64,000 bases of DNA, from assembly GCF_006345805.1 (NCBI RefSeq), contig NC_043017.1:14198001-14262000 (forward strand), read 5' to 3'. The notes under the pieces were generated by a model. That model saw nothing but the letters and a program-made list of their open reading frames with translations. It was not told where the DNA came from and ran no database searches. Shown in pieces: positions 11,932-25,399 of the stretch (position 1 is the stretch's first letter; every line of letters starts with the position of its first letter). The position numbers and the translations under genes were made by a program. The stretch is from Octopus sinensis (lineage: Eukaryota).

Positions 11932-14900
11932 ATATATCAGTTGAATAAAGTTACAATGTGGTCTGGTTTCCACATTTTTTATTATTGTATATTTAAAAAA
12001 AATTTTTTTTTACAATGCTGAAGTGTGTTAAACATTAAGAAAATATTTTGTAATGTTCATAAAATTCAATTAGTGCTTTGATACATTCATAGTAATCATC
12101 AGATTCACATCAGATTTCAAAATGTATTTAACTAACAGCTGAGTTCTTAACAACTGTAGTAAAATGACTGACTTCTTCCTTTTCATAACTTTTAGAAGGC
12201 TCCGGATCTAGCTGAAGATCATTTGAAGGCTACAGCATTCTACCATAAAATGCCCTCAAATATTGACTGCTGCAATATGAAGAAACTCAATTATTTAGTC
12301 TTAAAACATTATAACTCCTAATGAAAGGGACTATATTACCAATTTTGAGTTGAAAATTAGCAACTTCTATGGCTTACCCAAAACACGCAAGTCAAAAGAA
12401 ATACAAAATGCTATAAAGGAACAAGGTAGTGAATACATAAAACTACTACAACCAAAAGACCTTTTCTTGCTATAGTTCTAAGTAAAACACCCCTCCCCCC
12501 TTATGAGTTTCAATTAAATTCTAAAATCATCAAAATTTAGACAGGCTTCATTAAACAACATATTGATGTGATTTTTGAAACACAATTGAAAAAAAGGTTC
12601 TTAATCAATTCTTTTGTCTCAAAGAGATGAATTCCAGGTAAATATATGTAAACCATAAGCTATCTTTTTTCTCGGTTTGTTTACTTTCTGTGTGACTGTT
12701 TGTTTCCATAGTGATTGCTTCAAACAAGCTTACATTTGCTTGATTTCTCCTCATTTTCTGTTGAAAAGCCCTCTAATCCAGAATCACTGCTTGATAGCAT
12801 GAAACTGTTATCCATTTTAAAAGTTGAAAAAAAATATCGACAAAGAAAAAATATGGGAAAAAAATCTCCCAAAATTCACACAACTCAGATAGCACACCAA
12901 ACAATGTCAGATACTGTAACTTGACTATTTACAAAGTGAAATCAAGTGTTTTCATGTATGTTCTAACAAGATTTGTGCTGAAATTCACATTTAAATATCG
13001 ATGGGTTCACTTGGCCGGCTTCGGATTGGTAATGAAAAGGTTAAACTAAGACCCATTTTACCAGTCCTACACATCTGAGCAACCTCACTGACATTTCTTA
13101 AAACCACTATGTAGTCACACACCCAGTTTCATTCAGGATGACATCAATTTCCTGTCACATCTGCCCAAAAGAACAGAATCCAATTCACTTAGTTTTGATG
13201 ATTTGGGAATTACTGCCAGAAAATATTGGGTCAAGAAACATGGAGGAATGGTCCCCAGTAGATTTACTGCAACCTTCATACTGGGGGCAGTCAGCCTCAT
13301 CCCCGTAAAGAATATATTCCTTTTCAATGGAAAAAAACTACCTCCATATTCGAGGCACAGCTATAGGGACACGATTTGATCCAGTTTTCGCAAGCTCAGC
13401 ATTGAAATATTTGGAACAAAACCTTTATCAAATAATTGAAGAAAACTAAGGCATGACCTTGATGATTGTTTCCTAATTTGGAGCAAATCCCTAGAAAATC
13501 TGGAAGAATTCAGCACCCTCCTCAACAATCAACACCCTAGTCTCAATTTTACAAAAGAAATCAGCAACACACAATTACCATTTCTTGATATAATGGTAAT
13601 TAAAACAACCCCACAATCACAACTGGTATTTATTACAAAGGCACAGATACACATCAGTACCTAAATTTCAAATTATTCCACCCAACACACACAAAATGCA
13701 ACTCAAAAGATTTCTGCTGAAGCAAAATTACCCTTTCCTACTTATAGCAAATGGCATACAATGAGCAAAACTACTTAGGGCAATACAAAAAAGACAAAGC
13801 CATCAACAGAACACAAGACCATTTCGTATAACACACAATTCGCATCACCAAAACATTTTAACATCATCAAAACAAATTTGCAAATTATAAAAGAAAGTGA
13901 AAAATTAAGAAACATAATAACTAATCAAACACTTATCTTAAGCAAAAGGTAACCACATAACCGAAAGAAACTATTAACCCTTTCGTTACCAACCCGCCTG
14001 AAACCGACTCCAGCTCTGTAGTACAAATGTCTTGTTTTCATAAGTTTTGAATGAAAATCTTCCACCAAAGCTTAGTAATAATTAATGTTCCTAACACTAG
14101 CTTAATGATAAATGAGATATTTTATTAAATTCTTTGTTATTTTAAAATAATTGAGAGAAACACAGAGAATCTCAAAATAAATACAGTAATGAAAGGGTTA
14201 AGAAACACAAAATTCAATATGAACAAACAGGATAAAACATTCACAGTATCCAAGTGTAATGATAACAGATGTGGAATATGTCAATGCATGCATACTGGTA
14301 GATCCATTAGAACCAAAAAATGGGCAGATTTTACACAAATGCAGATGTGAACTGCAAAAGCAGAAATTTGATCTACTGCATTAAATGCCCTAATTGTGAG
14401 GAACTATATATTGGCAAGACGGAACGCATTATCGGAATGCTCATGAGTCCACAGACAACAAATCCGGGACACTAATGTTCGCCAAATTCCATTGAGCAAA
14501 CATTTAGAAACATGTGGTCAGAAAATGTTTCTAATTTTTCTTTTCCACAAACTACGTGACACAAATGAGGTTGGAAGAAAGATAAAAGAAAAACGGTTGA
14601 TTAAAATGTTCAGACCTGTTGTGAATGGAAATAACAACAATAATGTAACAACCAGTGAATGATGTGGATTGAAAAAATATCTTTAACATATGAGTAAAAA
14701 CAAATTAGAGAAGGCTTCCACTGATTGAAATGAAAATGATCGAAACCAACCAAGTTTGCTCACTCATAAAACCATTACATGTAAACTGCAAGGTAACTGG
14801 TTTAAATAAAGGCGGGATTTATGCCAGTAATATCAATGCGCTTGGCAAACCATGATGCATGCTGATTGGTCAAAACCATATTCGAAAAATTCAGCTTGTC

Positions 14901-15136
14901 GGAGCCTTCTAAAAGGTATGAAAAGGAAGAAGTCAGTCATTTTACTACAGTTGTCAAGAACTCAGCTGTCAGTTAAATACATTTTGAAATCTGATGATTA
15001 CTACGAGTGTATGAAAGTGCTGGTTTGAACTTTATGAACATTAAAAAATATTTTTTTCATATTTAACACGCTTCAACATAAAAAAAAAAATTTTAAATAC
15101 AATAATAAAAAATGTAACTTTATTCAACTGATATAT
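11932..15136 (+). mobile_element. Penelope-like retroelement (decayed RT + GIY-YIG) bracketed by ~240-270 bp inverted repeats
   Basis: RT motifs at ~13300-13690: KNIFLFNGK..LHIRGTAIGT..DLDDCFLIW..LNFTKE..LPFLDIMV..IYYKGTDTHQYL. Cys-rich linker and SRNLIYCIKCPNCEELYIGKT at ~14230-14430. Arm 11932-12204 is the reverse complement of 14900-15136. Confidence 0.9.
13978..14197. mobile_element. piggyBac-type MITE nested in the Penelope element
   Basis: TTAA|ccctttcgttac ... gtaatgaaaggg|TTAA, with TTAA at 13974-13977 and 14198-14201. Removing it rejoins the PLE frame as ...RKKLLRNTKF. Confidence 0.85.
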
Positions 15137-15561
15137 TATTCTATACACATTTACACAAATTTGGAATATATATATATATATATACATATATATAATAGTG
15201 AGTAGAAAATGCTACATTATCATTAGAATTCTTATTTTTATCACACACAAACATACACTTATTCAACAGAAGCTGCTGGATCATGCTTCCACTTTCTTTC
15301 ACAAGACACAAACCTATGTTTATTTTAATGATGGACACTTTAAATATGAAAATGTCCTCTGTGTGTTTACTTGAGGATACAGTTGACTAATTTTCTACTT
15401 TACAAGTTTCATATTTCACCAATTATATATTCGACTCATTTCAGTTGTAAATTGAAGTAAAAAATTGTGTAAATTAGATCAAAGTAACTGAGGGAAAGTT
15501 TTAATCTGAAAGATAAAAATTGTAATATTAAAGCAAAGTTGTATAACGATAATTGACTCAC

Positions 15562-15877
15562 CTCCTCTGTGTTTCCTGTGTCTTTCATGTTCTGCTATAG
15601 AATGTGCTTGATCAACTATATTTGAAACAGCAGATGCGAACCCCACGTCTAATCCTCTACGTGGAGACACAGAACGTCGATGCATACTCGGCGATGCCAT
15701 TGGGGAACCAAGAGGACTCTGAGGAGGCAATGGAGAACGAGGTGATACCGGTGAAAGAGGCACTGCTGTATGTGTAAAAAGTAACCCTTTACTAGAACCC
15801 GTTCCAGGTCTAGGAGCAGGAATATGGGCTGCGTGTTCGGGCCTCAGTCCCCATGAAAAGTCCTGCTTCTCAGAGGG
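15562..15877 (-). CDS. Cav2: Cav2 calcium channel alpha-1 C-terminal exon (PSEKQDFSWGLRPEH...SPRRGLDVGFASAVSNIVDQAHSIAEHERHRKHRG)
   Basis: Acceptor ctatttcag|, donor G|gtgagt, 316 nt, phase 0-1, GC-richer than the flanks. The RSxSPRR...GFxxxVSNxV motif is recognisable from invertebrate Cav2/cacophony tails (recall, not a search). Confidence 0.85.
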
Positions 15878-16428
15878 CTGAAATAGCGTAGTATTGGAAG
15901 AATTAATGTGAGATTTAGTTATCAAATTTCATTACAAAGTTGCCTGACATCCAATAGTACCTTTATGAAAATTTCCGCATCTCACCATCTCTCTCCTGTC
16001 CCAAAATTTAGGATTCCCACCCTAAGATGTGTAAGTACGCATGTGAAAATTTGACAGTTCCACTGATATGTTACTCAGACCAAATGACCCTTTAATTTTA
16101 TAAAATTTTAAAAAATCTGGGACTGCTAAATGTTTTTCTCCCAGTTTAATTTATATAAATAGTTAAAGTATTGGATTCACATTTAAAATAACAAAATGAA
16201 TAAGAATAATTGGGAGGGAGGGAGTAGAGGAAGCTAAGCATAAATAAGAGGAGGGTGACAGCAGAAAAGGCATAAAGGTATGGATAGAAAAGCATTGGCA
16301 GGTAGTCAATATCAAAACATTCAATAGAAGCCAGAGCAAAAGAAAGGTTCTTTATACATTTAGACACACAAACCTCAAACATACAAATACATACAAACTT
16401 TATACACACACACACACACATATATATA

Positions 16429-16716
16429 CAGTGGCAGACTTGCCAGGTTGCCTGATAGCAAGTGGGCCTCTGCACCATTAGAATCTATATATGGGGGCCC
16501 ATGTTAGTTACTTAAGGGGCCCATCCCCTCAAGTTTGAGAATTTTTTTATTAATTCCTGGAAGAATGCATTAATTATTTCAGCCTGGCTGTGTTTGTAGA
16601 CAGGTGAAAAGAATACTTTTAACAAAAAAAAAAAAAATTAAATGATAGTATTGTAGTTGCGGGTGGGCCCCCTTAGTTTCCTGGCAACCAATATTTTTAG
16701 ACCCAGTCTGCCACTG
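16429..16716. mobile_element. MITE with 12-bp TIRs (hAT-like ends)
   Basis: Begins cagtggcagact and ends agtctgccactg. Flanks are tatatata / tatgtata. Internal gggccc-rich motifs. Confidence 0.75.
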
Positions 16717-18089
16717 TATGTATAAACTTAGGTAGCATGATGTAATTATTAGTAATGTCTAATTTAGTAAGACAGCCCATCTTGATTCATTGTATATGAA
16801 GACTGACAAAGGATAAACTTTAAGCAGTGTACCATTGATAATTTTCAGTCCTAAACATAAAAATACTTTGCATTATCAAGCAACAATATGGATCCATTAT
16901 GTGTATCATAAAAATAAAACTGCTTTTGTATTATCATTTAGTGAGAACTAAATAAATCATTGCTTAACATGAAATCCTATTTTGATTTGATGGGCATCAA
17001 TAAACACAAGAAATATGAATAAATCAGTTTTAAGTAATAACATTTCTTTCTATAGTAAATGTAAATGTGTATTAAAATAGCAGGTTATCTCTGAAATACA
17101 GGAGAGATCCACCCTAACATAAATGAAAGCTATTGTATCGATGTACTTAATTAAGAATGACAATTATAGCATTGTGAAGTCTTCATTAATATATTTTGAT
17201 AAACAAGAGATTTCTGAGTGGACACCTCGCCTACAATTTGTTATTTGTTAAATATAGAATTTTTAGAAACGAGTGCAAGTGTTTGAGGGTATGTATAAAT
17301 ACATACATATATGTATGTGTGTGTGGATGCGTGTGCATGTACGTGTATATGTAAAGACATACATGTGTGCATGTGTATAAAAGGAAAAATTAATTTTTTA
17401 TGCATATATACACATGTATGCATGTGTGCATACATATGTGCTATGTGCATGTGAGTGTATGTGTATATATATATATATATATATATGCACAATCATCATC
17501 ATCATTTTTTAATGTCCTCCTGTCATGCTAGCATGGGTAGGACAATGACGATATATATATACACACACATATGTACACACACACTTACATACACAAATAT
17601 ATGTGTGCATGTGCAACACACAGGTATAGTAATGTAAAAATAACCCATTAAAATAATGTAAGTATAATCTCACTAATTAAACTAAAGACAGAAAATATGC
17701 AAATGAAGCACATTTGCATAAAATTTGCTTTCATTAAAATTGATGTTTATCTCTTGTAAAATTCACACACACACAAAAGTGATGCTAATTAGAATAATGC
17801 TTGTGAACATGAATTATTCATATTTGAATGCAAGTTCTGTGCTACTAATTACATTAAAAGACTTCTCTAACATAACTGATATGACCAACAGTTTGAGAGG
17901 TGAAGAAGACTCAATAATTACAAGTGTAAACATCATTAACTAGTTCTCTATTCATTTCAATAAAGAATCTCAAAGATTTGTGTTTAATCTATTATTTTAT
18001 CAGGAAAAGAAAACATTTAAAAGCTATTTAGCTTTGATTGTGTTCCTCGCTGCATAGTAAAGAAGTTATATTTTGTGGTTTATGGAAAG

Positions 18090-18151
<62 letters not shown>

Positions 18152-19638
18152 AGGAAAAGATGAAGAGAAGAAATGATATTTAATTCTTGAAATTTTAAGT
18201 TTGAATGTGGAACTAAAGAAACCAAAACATAATTAAACTGAATAAAAACAATTAAAAATATGAAATACTAAATAAATTGTTTCTTGATTATAAATTTGTT
18301 TTGATGTCATTAAATGTTTTGAGATTTTTGAGAAAGAAAATATTCATACCACTAACAGCTTTCTAAATTTGAAAGTAAATTTGTTATAAAATTTTAAATT
18401 GAAACTACACAATCTGAAGTAAGTTGAACAGGTTTAAACCAGCTAAAACCGATTTGTAAACTTGAAATTGAAGTTGAGCTTCAAAATTCAGTAATCTTGT
18501 GATCAAGTAATTAAAGTTTTATTGTATTCAATGAGTTTGGGAGTTAGTGGCATTCATACCTCTCCAGAGGACATAAGGGAACTAAATGAAATAGTTACAT
18601 ACAAGAAGTGGAAATCTGTGCTGAAGGTCACCAGTAGTTAATTATCTCTAATTAACTGTCTTAAGCTTCTCCATTATATTATTCTAATGACTATCTATGT
18701 CTGCTTATGTAGTTGAAAGTGTATGAAATAATGATAGAATGCTACAGAGGCATAAAGTTTGATAGAAAGGGGTAGAGACTACCTGTGACCCATTGGATCA
18801 CTGGGAAAGTCTGAGTTTCCCAGCAATGGAGTTTTGTTTTGTGAGGTATATTTTTCTTTTCCAGGATATTTTGCATGCTTTCTACGAATGTGACATCAAA
18901 ATCATGCATAAGCAGCTCCTTTCTGCAGAAAAGGAAAGATTTGGCTGCTATTTCTTGTATGCCCAACTACCATATAACAGGTATTGTGGGTCCTTTATCG
19001 CAAATAGCAGTTACATGGTATCAGGGCATGCTAAAAATACCAGCCAAATCTTTGGAAGTGTGATATGTTGAATGCACTCGAAAAAAACCTATGGAAAATA
19101 TTATTTCACACTGAGGTTATGGATGGGTCTTTTACAAAATATGTATGCCAAAAAGAATTTTTGTAATGGTATTCACTTGAAAAGAATTTTAAAAACCATT
19201 AAAATATTGTCTGTTTAAAGAAAGCTAAAATATAAATATTTACTGTACAAACAACTTACATTTTTGAAATCACATTCACTTAAAAATATTTCTAAATGAT
19301 TAAAATATTGCGTTTAACAAAAAGCTAAAATAGAAACATTTTTCGTTGTCAAAGTCAATGTATAATCGAAAGGTAAGAGTTACTTCCCTTCTAGGATCAA
19401 GTTAATTTTGGAAACTTTTCCCCATTAAGCACCGTTTTGGGTATTCATTCTCTGAAAACCCTTAATACCTTTACAACTACTTATGCAATTTACGCAAAAT
19501 TTATTTCATTCCGTTCATATTTACATTTCAGGGGAACATAATTCATAGTATTTTCCCATTATGCACCAGATTGCCTGAGTAACATTGCAAGCAAGCAAGA
19601 TTCAATCTGACTTTTAAGGTATTATAGATATATAATAT

Positions 19639-19700
<62 letters not shown>

Positions 19701-20899
19701 GAGAGAGAGAGAGAAGTAGAGAGCTATTTAGCTAGAGAGACAGGTAGAGATAATTAGATAAAGAAAAATAGAAAATGAGAGGAAGAGGAAATAGATAGAT
19801 AAAACAACTGAGTTAGAGAGAGATACAGAAAAGGATAAAAAGGGAGAAGAAGGAAGAATAAATGTTTATACAAAGCCTTTGTTTGCACCCAGTTAAATGA
19901 ACAGGTTTCATTAAAACATCTAGAAATTTGGATATAAAAGAAGTTGCAGACAATAGACTGAAGTTGTGTTATGTAATAAAAAGTGCCAAGGATAATCTGA
20001 GTTAAGCCTACATCAGTAATGTTTGATGTTAATCCAAGTAAATAATTCAGGGCTAAGCCATGAGCAACAATGATTTTCATAGTATGATGGGAGAGATAGC
20101 AAGCTGATATTTTGGATATTAGTCCTTCATCAAGACAGAAGGAATGTGTAAGGAAGGTAAAAACACAATGTGTTCTTTAGAGTGTTGTGCCATACTGAAC
20201 AAACATTGTGCTTTCAATTTTATTTTTCTCTTTCCATTCTTGCTTCTGTCCTGAAAAAGGATCATTGTCCAAAATGTCAACTTCCTTTGTCTTCTTTCTC
20301 AGTATTTAAAAATACATTGATTTGTTTGTTGTTGCTCATATTCTCCTTGCCTGAAGCTGTGTTAATTTAGCTAAAATAAAATAAAAGACTTGTTTCTAAA
20401 TTTTGAAAAGCCACAGAAATAAAGCTCATCTTCATTTCTCAAAGTATGAAATTGATGAGGAATAATTTTTACACCTTGATAAGATGCCAGTCCATCACAA
20501 ATAGTAGTAGCAGCAGCTGTTGTTGTTTAGTAAGTAGGTTACTCCTTTAAATATATGGTCAATAATTGTTTATAATTTATATTATACTAAAACTCAAAGT
20601 TTGTCTGTTTTCCTACCCATTGATTACAATGATAAAGATTACAAATAAAAGAGTCAGTCCCCACTTTAAGAAAAAAAAAATCAAGTTGAAAATGTTGATT
20701 TGTGACAATACTTGCAAGAGTTGTCGCAGCTTCCACTGTCAGACCATTTTTCTTACTTTCTTTTTTTTCACCTTATTCATTTATACAACTTTTGCAGTAT
20801 TATGGATTGAAAGATAGAAATTCTCCCTATAGTTTTATGAGATATTTTTTTAATCATGGGCACTTGATTTTTTTTTGAAAGGGGAAAATTATTATTTTA

Positions 20900-21630
20900 T
20901 TCAAAATAAAATATCAATCTTTATCATCTTAATCAAAAGGCAGAAAAACAGACGAAGATCAATTGCAATGGGTGAAGGCCATTTGAACATTTTCAAAGAA
21001 GAAACACTTCTTCATGTTTATGTTGCCACACCAAAGGCAGGAGAACTGTGCTATTTGACAATTCTGTTGCAAGAAGTTCGAAATAGTATTTTTTCCATAA
21101 GAATGGAAAAAAACGAACAACAAGTGGGTTGTACTTTATAATGGAAACCTTCGAAGAGCGTTCAAATGCCATGGCAACATTCAAATCAGTGCCTCACTGA
21201 GGTCAATTAAGTACGTCATCAAGTACAAGGAAATGACCAAGCTGCTGTTCAGATAAACGAAGATAATGAAGTTAGTCAATATCTAATGGGTCGGTATATT
21301 GGACCATCCAAAGCAGTTGCATCCATTTTAGGATTTTCATCTCATGAAAGAGCACCTGAAATAGCGAGACTGCAAGCTCATCTACCGGATTCACAGAGAA
21401 TGTTGCTCAGAAATTATGAGGATAAATATGGCTGTCAATGAATACCATACGAGGAGGACATTGACACAATTCGCTACTTTATGTTGAAGTAGCCATGGAG
21501 TTGAAAGAAGGTGAAGGCCATCTGAACATTTTCAAAGAAGAAACAATTGGTCATGTACACCAAAGGCAGGGGAACGGTGCTATTTAAGAATTCTGTTGCA
21601 TGAAGTTTGAAATAGTATCTTTTCCTTTGC
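20900..21630 (+). mobile_element. Helitron Rep-domain fragments, decayed and rearranged
   Basis: SLRSIKYVIKY...EVSQYLMGRYIGPSKAVASILGFSSHERAPEIARLQAHLPDSQ and TPKAGE(L/R)CYL(T/R)ILL(Q/H)EV resemble the Helitron motifs SIKY, GRYIS.EA.WR..GF..H.R.P.V.RL.VHL and GERYYLRLLL. Confidence 0.75.
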
Positions 21631-22750
21631 AGCTGTGCATCAACATTTTCAACTTGGAGTGGTTGTGAACCAACGGGTCACAGGTACATCTAGTTAATTA
21701 CACTATCAATTAACCTCACTTTCTGGACTTCACTCTATATAGTTACAAGCATTCAGTGTAGTTACAAGACAGCCAGCAGAACATGGTAGAAACTATTCTT
21801 ATGCTGTTGAAACCGCATAATCCCCCCAAAACATACAGAGTTGTTCCCCTTTCTTGTTAGGCCTAACCATTAATGGTAACCAACCGTTTAATATATTCCC
21901 TTTTCACTGCATTCAATTTTACTTTGGTTATTTTTCAGGCTAAATCATCTTGTTATTATTTAATAAAGAATTATATTTTGCCGTTGAGGACTGAGAAGTG
22001 TAGAAATTTAGAGTTGATTCTGCAGAAATCACTAATTTAGTGCTAATGTTGTTTTAGGTGGAAAGAATGGCGAATGCTCATGTGGACCCTTAAACTATGG
22101 CATAAATCTGAGATGCCTATTTGGAATTATGTAGTAATCTGTGGGATCTCTTAATTTTGAAAACTGAAGTTCACTAAACAAATAAATAAATAAATAAATA
22201 AAATAAATAAATAAATCTTTACACATTCAGAATCAAGATATGATGAGGTTGCCATTTTGTGACTTTTTTTTTTCATGTCTGTTTTCAGGATAATTTTACA
22301 GTTTAAAATCTAACAAAGTATGACTTTTAACAGTTGGATTGTCTGAGCACTTGCTTGGTGTTCAGGCAAGCTTCTAAGTAAAGAAAATGAATAGTTCTGT
22401 ATTATAAGCAGGAACATGCAGTGAGGTGACAGGTAGCAGTAAACATTGAGGAGATTTAGGTGGAAGTCGAACAAGGAATATTTTGGGTGCCATTTCAGGA
22501 CTCAAGACACAGTGTTTGCTTTATCATTTTTTTCTTTTAATCTGGGATAGCAGCATAGACATGGTCAGATGTTAATTAGCATTTAAATGAGCATGCTAAT
22601 TAACAAGTATAAGAGTAGACATGACTGACCATAGTAAGGCATGACAGGAACCATAACCCAAAGAAAATCATTTAGCCAACCACTTAGTCCATCTCTTCAT
22701 CCACTCGAAGGAAAATAGAGGTGGGGATAATAATAATAATAATAATAATG

Positions 22751-22786
<36 letters not shown>

Positions 22787-23032
22787 GTAATAATAATAAT
22801 AATAAAATGCATTTCCAGCACAACAAGCTACCACAGAGACAAAACAGCTGGAGTACATACAGGGGATTGCTTACAGGGGTGAAGGGAAGAGAAGAAGAGG
22901 ACAAAAAATGAAGGAGGGGAATAAAAAATACCAACTGACAAGTGAAAGGCTGGTAGGAAAGAAGAGTGGGTGCAAAACACAGTTTTGATGAAGTTGGCTC
23001 AGAATTCAGGGAGAGCCATTCCAAATGCTTAC

Positions 23033-23158
23033 TTCATCTTTGTTGAGTTTAGTCATGGAAGCTGTGATTTGATTTGCTGCTATGGAGAGAAGGGCGTTAT
23101 CAACACTGGCCTCACTTCCAATTGAGGTTCGTCGTCCAACATCCTTCATTTCAATGCT
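23033..23158 (-). CDS. Cav2: Cav2 C-tail exon (SIEMKDVGRRTSIGSEASVDNALLSIAANQITASMTKLNKDE)
   Basis: ccttttgccttgtag| ... GAA|gtaagc, 126 nt, open, phase 0-0. Not in the supplied ORF track. Assignment to Cav2 rests on position and phase. Confidence 0.75.
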
Positions 23159-23879
23159 CTACAAGGCAAAAGGTAGGTCATGAAAAAGGATTCCCTTGAC
23201 TCTGCAAGTTTTTTGTTGAACCAAATTACTCTAAATTTTGCTTGAAGACCTAAACTTTTCTCTCTCTCCTCACTCAGTTCCTTAGTTCCCTATCTACTGT
23301 GGAAATATAAGTTGGAAAACAAACATTTCAGATCCGCCTTTTCAAGTTAAACAAAATATTGTTTTTTTTTTTAAAAAAAAAGAACATATACAAAATACAG
23401 AAAATACTTGAATAATAAAATAATTTAGGGATACTTTAAGAAAAACAAAACAAAAAGGAAAAGAATGGACATAAAACAAAAATTTTTTTAACTAATTTTT
23501 GAAAATTCAACCACAGTAGATAGAACTAAAGATTGCATTCATAAAAAACTAAATTGAAAATATTCTGTCAAAAAATTTTAAAGCTTTTTGGTATATATGT
23601 ATACACACAAACACACACATACACAGATACACACACACACAGATACACACACACACACACACACACATACATACATATATATGTACATCAAATATATATA
23701 TACATATATGTGTGTGTGTGTATGTATATATATGACACATATATATATAAACACACACATAGAGTGTTTGGGCTAAATTTGACAATTTTTATGTCCCCCT
23801 TTTTAAGGAACAGCTTGATTTATTGGTGAACAGTCAATGGCGTTGGAGTGCATAAAGATTAAAGTTCTAGTTGAGAAAC

Positions 23880-24490
23880 AGTTAGCTGACATGGCAAAAT
23901 AAAAGCCATATAAATATTGGAGAAGAGCTGGCTGGATCATGAGGATTCGTCCTGGGTATCAAAACTCTGACATCATGACTGCTGCTCAGGACCCTGTGAG
24001 CTTTGTAAACACTGCAACAGAAACTGTGAAGCTGGGGCCAGCAGGAAGGGACACGGCAGGTGTTCTGATTGCATCCTCATTTCAGAGTTCATACTTGCAT
24101 CTTTGAACAGGGTCTTAGGCTCAATTCAGACAGCTGCTGGAGACTGTGGTCAATCCCTGGCAGGAGAGGTTTGCTGCAGCAGCATGTTTCAGCTCCTTGT
24201 TACAACTCTGGAAAGAGTCAGAAGTGGTTGTTGGCAAATTTCTATGACTTCACCAGCCCCAAATTCTATGTGTAGTGTATGGTTGAAAAAAACATCAACC
24301 ACTCTGCCTTCAAAACCAAGTCAAAGCTGGTGGCAAAGATTTTCCCTGGGACACAGTGATGACTGCATGTTCCAGGTTTCAAACCCATCTCCAGGTCATG
24401 GGGAAAGCTAAAGGCAGCTGAGGATAGCTGAAGGCAGCTGAGGATAGCTATCTCCCAGCCACAGTCTAGTTGATATATCTTGATTTTTAA
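23880..24490 (+). mobile_element. Tc1/mariner transposase remnant
   Basis: GLRLNSD...QQHVSAPCYNSGKSQKWLLANFYDFTSP...WDTVMTACSRFQTHLQ. The WPPxSPDLNP segment appears deleted. The end resembles 55840-56090. Confidence 0.7.
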
Positions 24491-24535
24491 AAATTTTCTC
24501 TTCTTTTTATACAAACTGTCATATTTAGCCTGAAT

Positions 24536-24580
<45 letters not shown>

Positions 24581-25339
24581 AAAGAATGTATGTATATATG
24601 CATACACACACTCACACACACACTGTGTGTGTGCCTGCGTGCGTGCATGTGTGTGTGTGTGTGTGTGTGTATATACCATGCTGAATTAATAACATAAAAC
24701 TAAAAACTTGCTGAAATGTCAACTTGAAATAAAAATCTATGAAACAGAAAATGATTAAAAAAAACATTGAAAAAGAAATGATTAAAACTAGAAAGAAATG
24801 CAAGAAAATGAAGATGCTGCTGCTGATGAAGATGAAAATGATGAAGGGTGATATAGATGTGTCTTGGCAGATGTGTACATATAAATGTGTGTGTATGTAT
24901 GTGTGTGTGTGTGTGTATGTGTAGAACACAACACAAGTCTACCTGTGGTAAAAGAAAACATTTAGTCAACTTTAACAAATATGTTTACTAAACATTAATT
25001 ATTGCAATGCAAACCTGAAAAAAAAAAGGAATTTAGAAACAATATCAAAGTGTATCTAGGCCTACATTCCACAGTAAGGGGTGTGTAAATGTTGTGGACA
25101 CACCATTGTTAGACATTCCATTTTCTGTGTCAACTAAGCAAAGGTCTTTAGACACCCAGAAAGACGGATGTGGAACCTTATGTCTTTTATATGACTTCAG
25201 CCTAAACTCAGTTTTTGTTATAAGTGCTGAGACTGATTAAGCTAAAGATTGCAGCAAAACTACTTGCATGTGTGTGTATACATATACAAGCATATACATA
25301 AATGCATACAAACTCCTATATACATGCTATATATATATA

Positions 25340-25387
<48 letters not shown>

Positions 25388-25399
25388 ATATAATATGAT

